Assembly (NCBI GenBank): GCA_965277805.1
Contig: OZ255842.1
Coordinates: 2,208,001-2,272,000 of the forward strand
Reading direction: 5' to 3'
DNA length: 64,000 nucleotides
Source: Candidatus Lustribacter sp.
GTDB taxonomy: Bacteria; Vulcanimicrobiota; Vulcanimicrobiia; Vulcanimicrobiales; Vulcanimicrobiaceae
This document shows positions 17,867-26,216 of this stretch, piece by piece. Each line of letters opens with the position of its first letter. The first letter of the stretch is position 1. Below the pieces are notes generated by a model that saw nothing but the letters and a program-made list of their open reading frames with translations, searched no databases and was not told where the DNA came from. The translations under genes were made by a program, and so were the position numbers.

Positions 17867-17899
17867 CGTAACGCCGCCCGTTCGCGCGCCAACCCCCCC

Positions 17900-17952
17900 T
17901 GTCATCCCGAGCGAAGCGCCCCACAGGGCGCGCAGACGAGGGACCGCCGCAA
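17900..17952. repeat. REP-like repeat, long variant
   Basis: TGTCATCCCGAGC...CGAGGGACCGCC arms as in the other copies, with an inner GCGCCC-CACA-GGGCGC hairpin replacing the TTGT loop. Confidence 0.75.
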
Positions 17953-18000
17953 CCCGCAGTCCTCAGCAGGGCAACTCCACCCAGCCAAGTACAGCCACGC

Positions 18001-19176
18001 ATGAGATTCCGCTTGCTCGCAGCGTTCGTCGCACTCATCGCGCTCGGCGCGCAAAGCCAAACCGCGCGAGCCGCGGACCCCTACGTCATCCCGGTCATCG
18101 TCGAACTGACCGGCGGCAACGCATACGCCGGCAGCACCTACCGCGACGCCCTCGTCATCTTCCAAAAGTACACGAACCAAAACGGCGGCATCAACGGCCG
18201 GCCGCTGCAATTCAACTTTCTCGACGACGAGTCGAGCCCGCAAGTCGCCGTTGCGCTCGCGACGCAAGTCCTCACCCAGCATCCCGCCGTCGTGATCGGC
18301 GGAACGCAGACCGCGACCTGCGCCGCGATCGCACCGCTGATGGTCAACGGTCCGCTCGACTTCTGCATCTCGCCGGCCTACCAGCCGCCGCTCAAGAGCT
18401 TCGTGTTCGCGACGTCTGCCTCGCTCAGCGACATCGTCCAAGCCCATCTGCGCTTCGCGCACCTGATGGGCTACCACCGCATCGCATCGATCGACACGAC
18501 CGACGCCACCGGCCAAGTCTCCGATCGCACCTATGCCGCCGCCGAAGCGCTCCCCGAGAATCGCGATCTCACATTTCTGCCGGTCGAGCACCTCAACGCC
18601 ACCGATCTCACCGCGAACGCACAAGCTACGCGCATCAAAGCCGGACATCCGGATCTCATCGTCAGCTCGTCGGCCGGTCCTGCCTTCGGGACGGTTTTGC
18701 GCAGCCTGCACGATAACGGCGTCGACGTCCCGTTCATGGCATCCGCTGCAAATCTCGACGCCCGGCTGCTCGCGCAGTACCGCACCTTTATGCCGCGCAC
18801 CATCTACTTCAACAGCGTGCTCTTCTTCGCGCGCGACCGCATCAAACGCGGCCCGCAACGCACCGCCATCGACGCCTTTTACGACGCCTTCAAAGGCAGC
18901 GAGCAGCAAATGACGCCCGGCAGCGGATTCGCGTGGGATCCCGCGCTCATCATAACGAGCGCCCTGCACAAACTCGGCCCGAACGCGACGGCCGATCAAC
19001 TCCACGACTACATCGAGAACCTGCGCTCGTTTCCCGCCGCCAGCGGAACCTACGACTTCACCCGCGGCGACCAGCACGGCCTGAGCACCGACGCCGTCAT
19101 TTTCCTCACCTACGATCAGGCCGGTAATACGTTTGTTCCCGCGACCACCGGCGGAGGCGTTCCGATCAAGCGGTGA
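18001..19176 (+). CDS. ABC solute-binding protein, LivJ/branched-chain family (orphan)
   Basis: Signal peptide and NQNGGINGRPLQFNFLDDESSPQVA. Paralogue of 2..1075. Confidence 0.87.
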   Translation: MRFRLLAAFVALIALGAQSQTARAADPYVIPVIVELTGGNAYAGSTYRDALVIFQKYTNQNGGINGRPLQFNFLDDESSPQVAVALATQVLTQHPAVVIGGTQTATCAAIAPLMVNGPLDFCISPAYQPPLKSFVFATSASLSDIVQAHLRFAHLMGYHRIASIDTTDATGQVSDRTYAAAEALPENRDLTFLPVEHLNATDLTANAQATRIKAGHPDLIVSSSAGPAFGTVLRSLHDNGVDVPFMASAANLDARLLAQYRTFMPRTIYFNSVLFFARDRIKRGPQRTAIDAFYDAFKGSEQQMTPGSGFAWDPALIITSALHKLGPNATADQLHDYIENLRSFPAASGTYDFTRGDQHGLSTDAVIFLTYDQAGNTFVPATTGGGVPIKR

Positions 19177-19250
19177 CCTCGCGAAAACCCGGTAGCCCCT
19201 TGCGTGAAAGCCGGCTGAAGCATATATTGCCGTTGGGAGTGACTGATACG

Positions 19251-20189
19251 ATGCGTCGCCGTACCTTTGCTAATCTCGCCTTGACTTCGCTGGCCGCAGG
19301 TTTCCCGCTTCGAGCCGGAGCGCAGGACGTGCCGGTATTGCGCGTCGCCTCGACCGCAAATGACTCCTACGCAGAAGCAATGTACGCAGTCGATCAAGGC
19401 TTCTTCAAGCAGGCGGGACTCAACGTCGAACTGCAAAACCTCGCCAGCGGTGCGGCCATTGTGGCGGCCGTTGCGGGTGGAGCGGTAGATGTCGGAATTA
19501 CCAATCCCGTACCGCTCATCGCGGCGATCAGCCACGGCATTCCATTTCTCTACCTCTGCTCGGGCGGGCTCATCAATCAGGCCGAGGCGGGCTTGTGCGT
19601 AACGGCCACTTCCAACATCCGGACCGGCAAGGATTTCGAGGGCAAGACCGTTGCAAGCCCTTCGATCAGCGATATCAACACCGTCGCGATTAAGGCTTGG
19701 GTCGATCAGCAGGGTGGCGATTCCTCAAAGGTCCAGTTCGTGGAAATGCCCTTTCCGACGATGGCAGCCTCGTTGCGGCGCGGCGTCATCGATGTAGCTC
19801 CGATTGCCGAGCCGGCGATGAGCGCGGCAAAGAAAGAGGGCGGCCTGCGATTTCTCCAGCCGCCGGTCTACGTTGCCTTCGGAAACAACTTTATGGTTGG
19901 CGGATGGTTTGCCAAGAGCGACTGGATCCAGACCAATCGTGATACCGCGCGGCGCTTCGTCGGCGCAATTTACGACACGGCGCGGTGGGCAAATGCACAT
20001 CCTCTCGAAAGCTCCGCAATCCTGGCAAAATACGCAAAGCTCGACCCCGACGTCGTGAAGGATATGAACCGCGCGCCCTACGGAACCTCACTTCTTCCCA
20101 GCATGATACAGCCCGTTCTCGACCTTTCGTATAAATACAAAGTCATCGACCGGACGTACAGCGCAACCAGCATCATCGCAAAGATTTAG
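19251..20189 (+). CDS. ABC solute-binding protein, NMT1/SsuA-like (orphan)
   Basis: Tat-like MRRRTFA, GFFKQAGLNVE, SGAAIVAAVAGGAVDVG, TARWANAHP and a GGGAG RBS. Confidence 0.87.
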   Translation: MRRRTFANLALTSLAAGFPLRAGAQDVPVLRVASTANDSYAEAMYAVDQGFFKQAGLNVELQNLASGAAIVAAVAGGAVDVGITNPVPLIAAISHGIPFLYLCSGGLINQAEAGLCVTATSNIRTGKDFEGKTVASPSISDINTVAIKAWVDQQGGDSSKVQFVEMPFPTMAASLRRGVIDVAPIAEPAMSAAKKEGGLRFLQPPVYVAFGNNFMVGGWFAKSDWIQTNRDTARRFVGAIYDTARWANAHPLESSAILAKYAKLDPDVVKDMNRAPYGTSLLPSMIQPVLDLSYKYKVIDRTYSATSIIAKI

Positions 20190-20191
20190 AA

Positions 20192-20620
20192 GTGATACAC
20201 ACTAAGGGCTTCCTACACATCACGATCGGCGTAACGGACCTCGATCGCGCCACGGCTTTCTACGAACAGGTCTTGGGCTGCACCTTGGTGCGGCGAAATC
20301 CGATCATGTCGTTTATGAAAACGGGCGAAGACTTTTTCGTTCTTACGCACACCGGGCAGCACGTCTCGCCCAACGGCGATGGACCGGTCGGGCTCCATAA
20401 TACGCTCTTCCATCACGCCATGATCATTGACGCGGAGCGCTTCGAGGGCGCCGTCGCTTGGCTAGACGAGAACGGCATCGACCATCACGATTGTACCGCC
20501 GACGGGCATACGACATTTCCGGGTCGCCGGCACATGTACGTCAAAGACCCCGATGGCAACAGCATCGAACTGGTGACGGAAATAATTCCAGACGAGCAAA
20601 GCCGGAAGTCACTAATCTGA
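20192..20620 (+). CDS. VOC/glyoxalase family protein
   Basis: LHITIGVTDLDRATAFYEQVLG, FHHAM and YVKDPDGNSIEL. Confidence 0.88.
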   Translation: MIHTKGFLHITIGVTDLDRATAFYEQVLGCTLVRRNPIMSFMKTGEDFFVLTHTGQHVSPNGDGPVGLHNTLFHHAMIIDAERFEGAVAWLDENGIDHHDCTADGHTTFPGRRHMYVKDPDGNSIELVTEIIPDEQSRKSLI

Positions 20621-21090
20621 TGTCCGTCCCCGAGCTCGAACACGTCTTTGATGTCCGGCTCGAATTCGACCAGCGGTTGCGCTTCGGTCCGGTTCCGAGC
20701 GGCGGCAATATGGGCTTCACCGCAATCGCCGGCGGCGAGGTGTGGGGGCCGCGACTCAATGGGCGGGCCGTGCCGCATAGCGGCGGCGATTGGGCACGCA
20801 TCCGCGAGGACGGCGTGATCGTTTTCAACGCGCACTACCTGCTCGAGACCACCGACGGGACCTTGATCTACATGCGCAACGCCGGCTACGGACGCGTTGG
20901 GATGCGACCGTTAGGGCCGGGCGAGTCGTATTCCGAAGCCGAACGGCGTCAACACTACTTTCGCATTACGCCGACGTTCGAGGCGCCGTCGGGCGAACAC
21001 GATTGGCTGACGCGTACGGTCATCGTCGGCCGCGGCGAGCGGCACGATAACCCGGATCATACGCTGTTCAGCTATTTCGCGGTGCTTTAG
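20620..21090 (+). CDS. DUF3237 (UPF0311) family protein
   Basis: IAGGEVWGPRLNG, GGDW, AHYLLETTDGTLIY, YFRITPTFE and DWLTR. TGATG overlap. Confidence 0.85.
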   Translation: MSVPELEHVFDVRLEFDQRLRFGPVPSGGNMGFTAIAGGEVWGPRLNGRAVPHSGGDWARIREDGVIVFNAHYLLETTDGTLIYMRNAGYGRVGMRPLGPGESYSEAERRQHYFRITPTFEAPSGEHDWLTRTVIVGRGERHDNPDHTLFSYFAVL

Positions 21091-21096
21091 CAGCGC

Positions 21097-21564
21097 TTAG
21101 GTCAGCCGGTACATCCGTAACACGATGTCGTTCGGATAGCGCGCGCCGGTGCAAACGAAGATGCCCCGGTTGAGCCACTCGTACGGTCCCGGCGGCGCTT
21201 CAAAGACCGGCACGGCGCGGAAATAGTATAACGCGGGGTCGACGATTTCACCGCGGCCCAGACGCTGCATGGCGTCGGGCGGTCCGAAGCGGATGCCGCG
21301 ATTGTGCACGTGAATGCGCGCCCCGTCGTCCGTTTCGAGCACGTAGAGGGCATCGAGTTCGGCCACGCCGTCGGGACGCACGAGTTGCCAATCGGCGCCC
21401 CCCGGCAGAACGCGGCCACGCATGCGTGGTCCCTCGAACGGTCCTTCACCGATCGCGATGACGCGCCGGTGTCCACGCGGTACCGGCCCCATATCAACCG
21501 GGTCCGACAGTTTCCCGCGGGCCTCGAAGATGAATTCGAGGCTGGGATCCGGCGGGCTTTCTAT
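21097..21564 (-). CDS. DUF3237 (UPF0311) family protein; start probably non-canonical (ATA 21564)
   Basis: GPFEGPRMRGRVLPGGADWQ and YYFRAVPVFE. The family-like N-terminus PSLEFIFEARG lies upstream of the first ATG (21492). Confidence 0.82.
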   Translation of the reverse strand: MESPPDPSLEFIFEARGKLSDPVDMGPVPRGHRRVIAIGEGPFEGPRMRGRVLPGGADWQLVRPDGVAELDALYVLETDDGARIHVHNRGIRFGPPDAMQRLGRGEIVDPALYYFRAVPVFEAPPGPYEWLNRGIFVCTGARYPNDIVLRMYRLT

Positions 21565-22724
21565 GGCTTGACCGCCGGGTAGGTAGCGATCAGGGTGTTG
21601 ACGTCCTTGTCGCCCTTTCGCTCGGCCCGCACGATGTAGATGTTCTGCACGATGTCGCGCGTTGCCGGATCGACGGCAACCGGTCCGCGCGGGCTCATGA
21701 ACTTCGTGTGACTCAAGAGATCCAACGACTTCTCCGGGTTGAGGTTCCCGTGCTGCGCCGCGACGACGTTGTAGATCGCGTGGACGGCATCGAAGTACGC
21801 GATCGCGCCGAAATCGGGCGGTGACCCGGCAAGAGCCGTGATCGTGGCGATCGCTTCGCGGTTCTCGGCCGACGCGCGCTCGAGCGCATAGTCGGTCGTT
21901 GCGTACACGCCGTCGGCAAGCGGTCCGAGCGCAGGGAGTTGATTCTCGATCGTGAGTCCGGAGGACGCGAGCACTTTGACGCCGGCCTTATCCAAACCGG
22001 CATCCGAGTAGGCTTTGAGGAACGAGCGGCCGCCGCCGCCGGCCGAAACGATCGCCATGATCGCATCCGGCTTCGCGTCTTTGATCCGCTGCACGTAGGC
22101 CGAATAGTCCAAGTTCGTGAGCGGCACGCGGCTCTCGCCGACGATCGTGCCGCCTCCGGCCGTAAAGGCTTTTTCGAAAGCCGCGCCGCCGTCGATGCCC
22201 GGACCGTAGTCGAGAAAAATCGCGTAGGCGCGTTTCACGCCGTTTTTGAGCGCCCAGTTTGCAAGCGGGATAACCGTTTGCGCATCGGTATAGCTCAAGC
22301 GAATTCCGAATGGGACCTGTTGGAGCAATCCGCCCGAGGGCGAATTGATGAGGATCATCGGGACTTTCGCTTCGGCGGACACGGGCCCGATGGCCGCCGC
22401 GTTCGCCGAGTTGACGGGACCGACGATGAAATCGACGTGATCCTGCACGATCAGTTCTTGGGCCAAACGTTTGGCAACTTCGGGATTCGGACCGCCCTCA
22501 TCGCGAACGATGAACTCGACCTTTCGGCCGGCGACCGTATCTCCGTGTATCTTTTGATACGCGATCGGCGCCTCGATCGACGGTTTCATGACCCCGGCTT
22601 GCGGCCCGGAGAGCACCTGAATGATGCCGATGCGGATCGGCGGCGCGTCGTCGGCGGCGGCGCCCGGACCGATCGCACTCGCAGCGAGCGCGGCGGTGAA
22701 GAGTATCGTTATTAGAAGCTTCAT
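21561..22724 (-). CDS. ABC solute-binding protein, LivJ family, aromatic-acid-binding-like (orphan)
   Basis: Start ATG 22724 (ATGA overlap with marR). Signal peptide, VAGRKVEFIVRDEGGPNPEVAKRLAQELIV and SPRGPVAVDPATRDIVQNIY. Confidence 0.88.
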   Translation of the reverse strand: MKLLITILFTAALAASAIGPGAAADDAPPIRIGIIQVLSGPQAGVMKPSIEAPIAYQKIHGDTVAGRKVEFIVRDEGGPNPEVAKRLAQELIVQDHVDFIVGPVNSANAAAIGPVSAEAKVPMILINSPSGGLLQQVPFGIRLSYTDAQTVIPLANWALKNGVKRAYAIFLDYGPGIDGGAAFEKAFTAGGGTIVGESRVPLTNLDYSAYVQRIKDAKPDAIMAIVSAGGGGRSFLKAYSDAGLDKAGVKVLASSGLTIENQLPALGPLADGVYATTDYALERASAENREAIATITALAGSPPDFGAIAYFDAVHAIYNVVAAQHGNLNPEKSLDLLSHTKFMSPRGPVAVDPATRDIVQNIYIVRAERKGDKDVNTLIATYPAVKP

Positions 22725-23182
22725 GACGCCTTCGCTATCGCATGCTCTTCGATGAATTGCTGCAGCAGCCGAACGAGCGTCTTCGCATCGTCCCTCGCGA
22801 ACGGGCTCAGAAGCTCTTTGGCTGAGTCCGCTAGGGTGCCCATCCGCTTCTCGAGCGCAATGCCCGCGCGCGTCACGTTGAGGACCTTGCGGCGGCGATC
22901 GCTGGGATCGGTCGTGCGCGATACATAGCCGGCATCCGCCAGCGTTGCGATGACCATCGCGGCGGTCGCGTGGTCGATCGCGATCAGACGCGCAACGGCC
23001 ACCTGATCGATGCCCGGGCAGCGATGAATAGCGTGCAAGCAAATCGCCTGCGTCGGCGTGATCCCGAACCGCCCGTACGTCTCGTTGAAGCGGGCAGTCG
23101 AAACTTGCTGTGCGCGCCGGATCAGATACCCCGGGTGCGTCTCGAGTTCCGCCGCGAGTTCGCCCAATTGCTCAGGTTTCAT
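22721..23182 (-). CDS. MarR family regulator
   Basis: HPGYLIRRAQQ, GITPTQ, PGIDQ and DPSDRRRKVLNVTRAG. Confidence 0.92.
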   Translation of the reverse strand: MKPEQLGELAAELETHPGYLIRRAQQVSTARFNETYGRFGITPTQAICLHAIHRCPGIDQVAVARLIAIDHATAAMVIATLADAGYVSRTTDPSDRRRKVLNVTRAGIALEKRMGTLADSAKELLSPFARDDAKTLVRLLQQFIEEHAIAKAS

Positions 23183-23194
23183 GAAAAGGATAAT

Positions 23195-23212
23195 TCTTCA
23201 GACGTCTGAAGA
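23195..23212. promoter_or_regulatory. Perfect 18-bp palindrome, probable MarR operator
   Basis: TCTTCAGACGTCTGAAGA in the 40-bp gap between the divergent marR and dioxygenase genes. Confidence 0.8.
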
Positions 23213-23222
23213 TTGTCCTCCC

Positions 23223-24686
23223 ATGGCGACGACGTTTCCGGCCACGCCCACCTTCAGCGGGTTCAACGCCCCCGTCCGCACCGAAGTCGAGCTCTTCGAT
23301 CTCGAGGTAACGGAGGGCGCGATCCCGGCCGATCTCGCCGGCACGTTTTATCGCTGCGGACCCGATCCGCAATTCCCGCCCAAGCTCGGATCCGATATCT
23401 ACCTCAACGGCGACGGCATCGTGACGATGTTCCGCTTTGCGAACGGTCACGTCGATATGAAGAGCCGGTACGTCCGCACCGAGAAGTTCGAAGCCGAACG
23501 CGCCGCCCGCAAGGCGCTCTTCGGCGCATATCGCAATCCGTTTACCGACGATCCATCCGTTGCCGGCAAAAGCCGCGGCACCGCAAACACCAACGTCCTC
23601 TGGCACGGCGGCAAGCTGCTCGCGCTCAAAGAAGATAGCCCGCCGGTGCAGATCGATCCCGACACGCTCGAGACGATCGGTCCGTGGACGTTTGGCGGCG
23701 CGATGAAGAGCCTCACTGCGACCGCGCATCCGAAGATCGATCCGCAAACGGGCGAACTCTTCTTCTACGGCTTCGCCGCCAAGGGCGAGACGACGCCCGA
23801 TATCGCCTTCTATGTCGCCGACCCGAGCGGCAAGATCACACGCGAAGTCTGGCTCAAGGCGCCCTATTCGAGCATGGTCCACGACTTCGCCGTAACGCGC
23901 GACTACGTCATCTTTCCGATCATCGGTCTGACCAGCGACCTCGAACGCCTCAAGGCGGGCGGTTCGCACTACATGTGGGATTCATCGCGCGACTTCTACG
24001 TCGGCATCATGCCGCGCACCGGCGGCGCCGAAGATGTGCGCTGGTTCAAGGGTCCGACGCGTTTCGTTTCGCACATGCTCAACGCGTTCAACGTCGGCAC
24101 CACGGTGTATCTCGACTGTCCGGTTGCTGAGAGCAATATGTTTCCGTTCTTTCCGAACATCGACGGCACGCCGTTCGACCGTTCGAAAGCGATCTCGTCG
24201 CTGTGCCGGATGACGTTCGACATGGCGGCCGGCGGCGACGCGTTTGGGCAAGAAACGCGCGTACCGATCTTCTGTGAGTTCCCGATCGTCGACCCGCGCT
24301 ACGCCATGAGCGAACACCGCTACGGCTTCATGCCCTATGTCGACCGCAGCTTGCCGCCGCCGGCCGGTCTCGGCGGCGCCACCGGCCTCAACTTCAACTG
24401 CCTCGCCCGCGTCGAACCCGGAACCGGAGCCGTAACGACGCACGTCGTCGGCGAGCAGGCCACCTCGCAGGAACCGATGTTCATCCCGCGCGGGCGCGGC
24501 GGCGCGGAGGGCGACGGATACGTCATCGCCGTGCTCAACCGCTACGACGAACAGCGTTCGGATCTGATCCTGCTCGATGCGCAGCACATGGACGCACCGC
24601 CGGTAGCGCGGATGCGCATCCCGCTGCGGCTGCGCAATGCATTCCACGGCATCTGGGTTTCTCAAGAAGATCGGAAGCACGCATGA
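23223..24686 (+). CDS. Carotenoid oxygenase family, lignostilbene alpha,beta-dioxygenase-like
   Basis: Four Fe-binding His contexts TAHPK, MVHDF, VSHMLN and FHGIW, plus LFGAYRNPFTDD, ALKEDS and QEPMFIPR. Confidence 0.9.
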   Translation: MATTFPATPTFSGFNAPVRTEVELFDLEVTEGAIPADLAGTFYRCGPDPQFPPKLGSDIYLNGDGIVTMFRFANGHVDMKSRYVRTEKFEAERAARKALFGAYRNPFTDDPSVAGKSRGTANTNVLWHGGKLLALKEDSPPVQIDPDTLETIGPWTFGGAMKSLTATAHPKIDPQTGELFFYGFAAKGETTPDIAFYVADPSGKITREVWLKAPYSSMVHDFAVTRDYVIFPIIGLTSDLERLKAGGSHYMWDSSRDFYVGIMPRTGGAEDVRWFKGPTRFVSHMLNAFNVGTTVYLDCPVAESNMFPFFPNIDGTPFDRSKAISSLCRMTFDMAAGGDAFGQETRVPIFCEFPIVDPRYAMSEHRYGFMPYVDRSLPPPAGLGGATGLNFNCLARVEPGTGAVTTHVVGEQATSQEPMFIPRGRGGAEGDGYVIAVLNRYDEQRSDLILLDAQHMDAPPVARMRIPLRLRNAFHGIWVSQEDRKHA

Positions 24687-25171
24687 ATCCCGAACTCGGC
24701 CAGAACGGGGTCGTTCCCCAGTTCGAATTCGCTTTCGCGGTAAAGCTCGTCCTCACGCCCGCACTCTGGCCGGGCGAGATGCCGCGCGGCGGCAAGCGCG
24801 TTTTCGTCGGTATCGAGAGCGGTGAATTCGAGGGGCCGAACATCAAGGGCATCGTGGTGCCGGGGTCGGGCGGCGACTACGCCGACGCGCGGCGCGACGG
24901 CGTGCTCGACTTCGATGCGCGCTACATGCTCAAAGAAGACGACGGCACCGTCATCTACCTGCAAAACCGGGGCTTCCGCTGGGGAACGGAAGACGCGATG
25001 GCGCGTATGCGCGCACAAGAAGCGCTTCCGGCGAGCGACTACTACATGCGCGTCGCGCCCAAATTTGAAGTCGAAGCCGGCAAACACGACTGGCTCAACA
25101 AGTACGTCTTCGTCGGCGTCGCGGAAAAGATTCCGCGTGGCAACATCATCCGCTACTTCAAGGTTCTCTGA
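24683..25171 (+). CDS. DUF3237 (UPF0311) family protein
   Basis: GEFEGPNIKG, GGDY, DARYMLKEDDGTVIY, YYMRVAPKFE and DWLNKYVFVG. ATGA overlap. Confidence 0.87.
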   Translation: MNPELGQNGVVPQFEFAFAVKLVLTPALWPGEMPRGGKRVFVGIESGEFEGPNIKGIVVPGSGGDYADARRDGVLDFDARYMLKEDDGTVIYLQNRGFRWGTEDAMARMRAQEALPASDYYMRVAPKFEVEAGKHDWLNKYVFVGVAEKIPRGNIIRYFKVL

Positions 25172-25184
25172 GGAGCACTCGGCC

Positions 25185-26213
25185 ATGCTAGCCTTCGCAC
25201 GGTCCCTGGTTCTCGCTCTTGCGACGGTCGTTGCGACACTCGCACCGGCAGCCGCCCAGCCGGCACCCGATCGCATCCGGCTCTCCCTCAACCCCGGCTC
25301 GTATGCGTATCTGCCGATCTTCGTAGCGGCCGACAAGGGCTACTTTACCGAGCAGCACCTCGACGTGCAAATTTCCAAGTACACCGGTTCTTCGCTGACC
25401 CAACTGCCGTTGCTCGCGCGTGGAGATCTCGACATGGCGCCCGTCGTGGTGGGCCCGGGTTTCTTCAATCAGTTCACGCAAGGGTTCGATTTGAAGCTGC
25501 TCGGGTCGATCGACCAGTCGCAGCCGGGCTGGCACGATACCGGCTGTCTGCTGGTACGCCAAGACGTGTGGGCTTCCGGTGCGGTGCGTAAGATCGCCGA
25601 TCTCAAAGGCAAACTCGTCGACGGCGGTCTGGATGGCACGCCTCAAAATTATCTCTTGAAGCAAGCGATCCTCAAGGGCGGCCTCAAGTTCAGCGACATG
25701 ACGTACACGGATAAGTTCAAGACCGTGCCCGACGTTTTCGCGGCGTTGCGCAACCGCGCCGTGGACGTCGTCAACGGCGCCGAACCCATCTGCACCCAGA
25801 TGCAAGCCGAAGGTCTCGCGCACAAGTGGCTCACGTTTAGCGACGTGATTCCCGGTTTTCAAGCCAGCTTCGTTACCTCGTCTGATGAGTTTCTGAAAAC
25901 CCATCGCGACGCCGTCAAGCGGTTCTTCCTCGCGCTGCTCAAAGCCGAGAAAGAGATCAAAGCGGTCAACGGCAAATGGACGCCGGCGCTCATCGCAACG
26001 GTGGCCAAATGGGCGGAGATCCCCGCGGCAACCGTCGCTACGTTGCCCGGACCTCCCTATTCAGGTCAGTTCGGTACGATCGATGCAACCTCGATCCGGA
26101 CGCAGCAGGCGTTCTGGATGACGGAGGGGACCGTGAAGCAAGCCGTTATTGTGAACGACATCATCGATACATCGGTGCTGAACGACGCGCGCCACGCGAG
26201 CGGTGTTCGCTAG
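25185..26213 (+). CDS. ABC solute-binding protein, NMT1/SsuA-like (orphan)
   Basis: GAGGAG RBS, signal peptide, VAADKGYFTEQHLDV and IADLKGK. Confidence 0.85.
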   Translation: MLAFARSLVLALATVVATLAPAAAQPAPDRIRLSLNPGSYAYLPIFVAADKGYFTEQHLDVQISKYTGSSLTQLPLLARGDLDMAPVVVGPGFFNQFTQGFDLKLLGSIDQSQPGWHDTGCLLVRQDVWASGAVRKIADLKGKLVDGGLDGTPQNYLLKQAILKGGLKFSDMTYTDKFKTVPDVFAALRNRAVDVVNGAEPICTQMQAEGLAHKWLTFSDVIPGFQASFVTSSDEFLKTHRDAVKRFFLALLKAEKEIKAVNGKWTPALIATVAKWAEIPAATVATLPGPPYSGQFGTIDATSIRTQQAFWMTEGTVKQAVIVNDIIDTSVLNDARHASGVR

Positions 26214-26216
26214 GCG

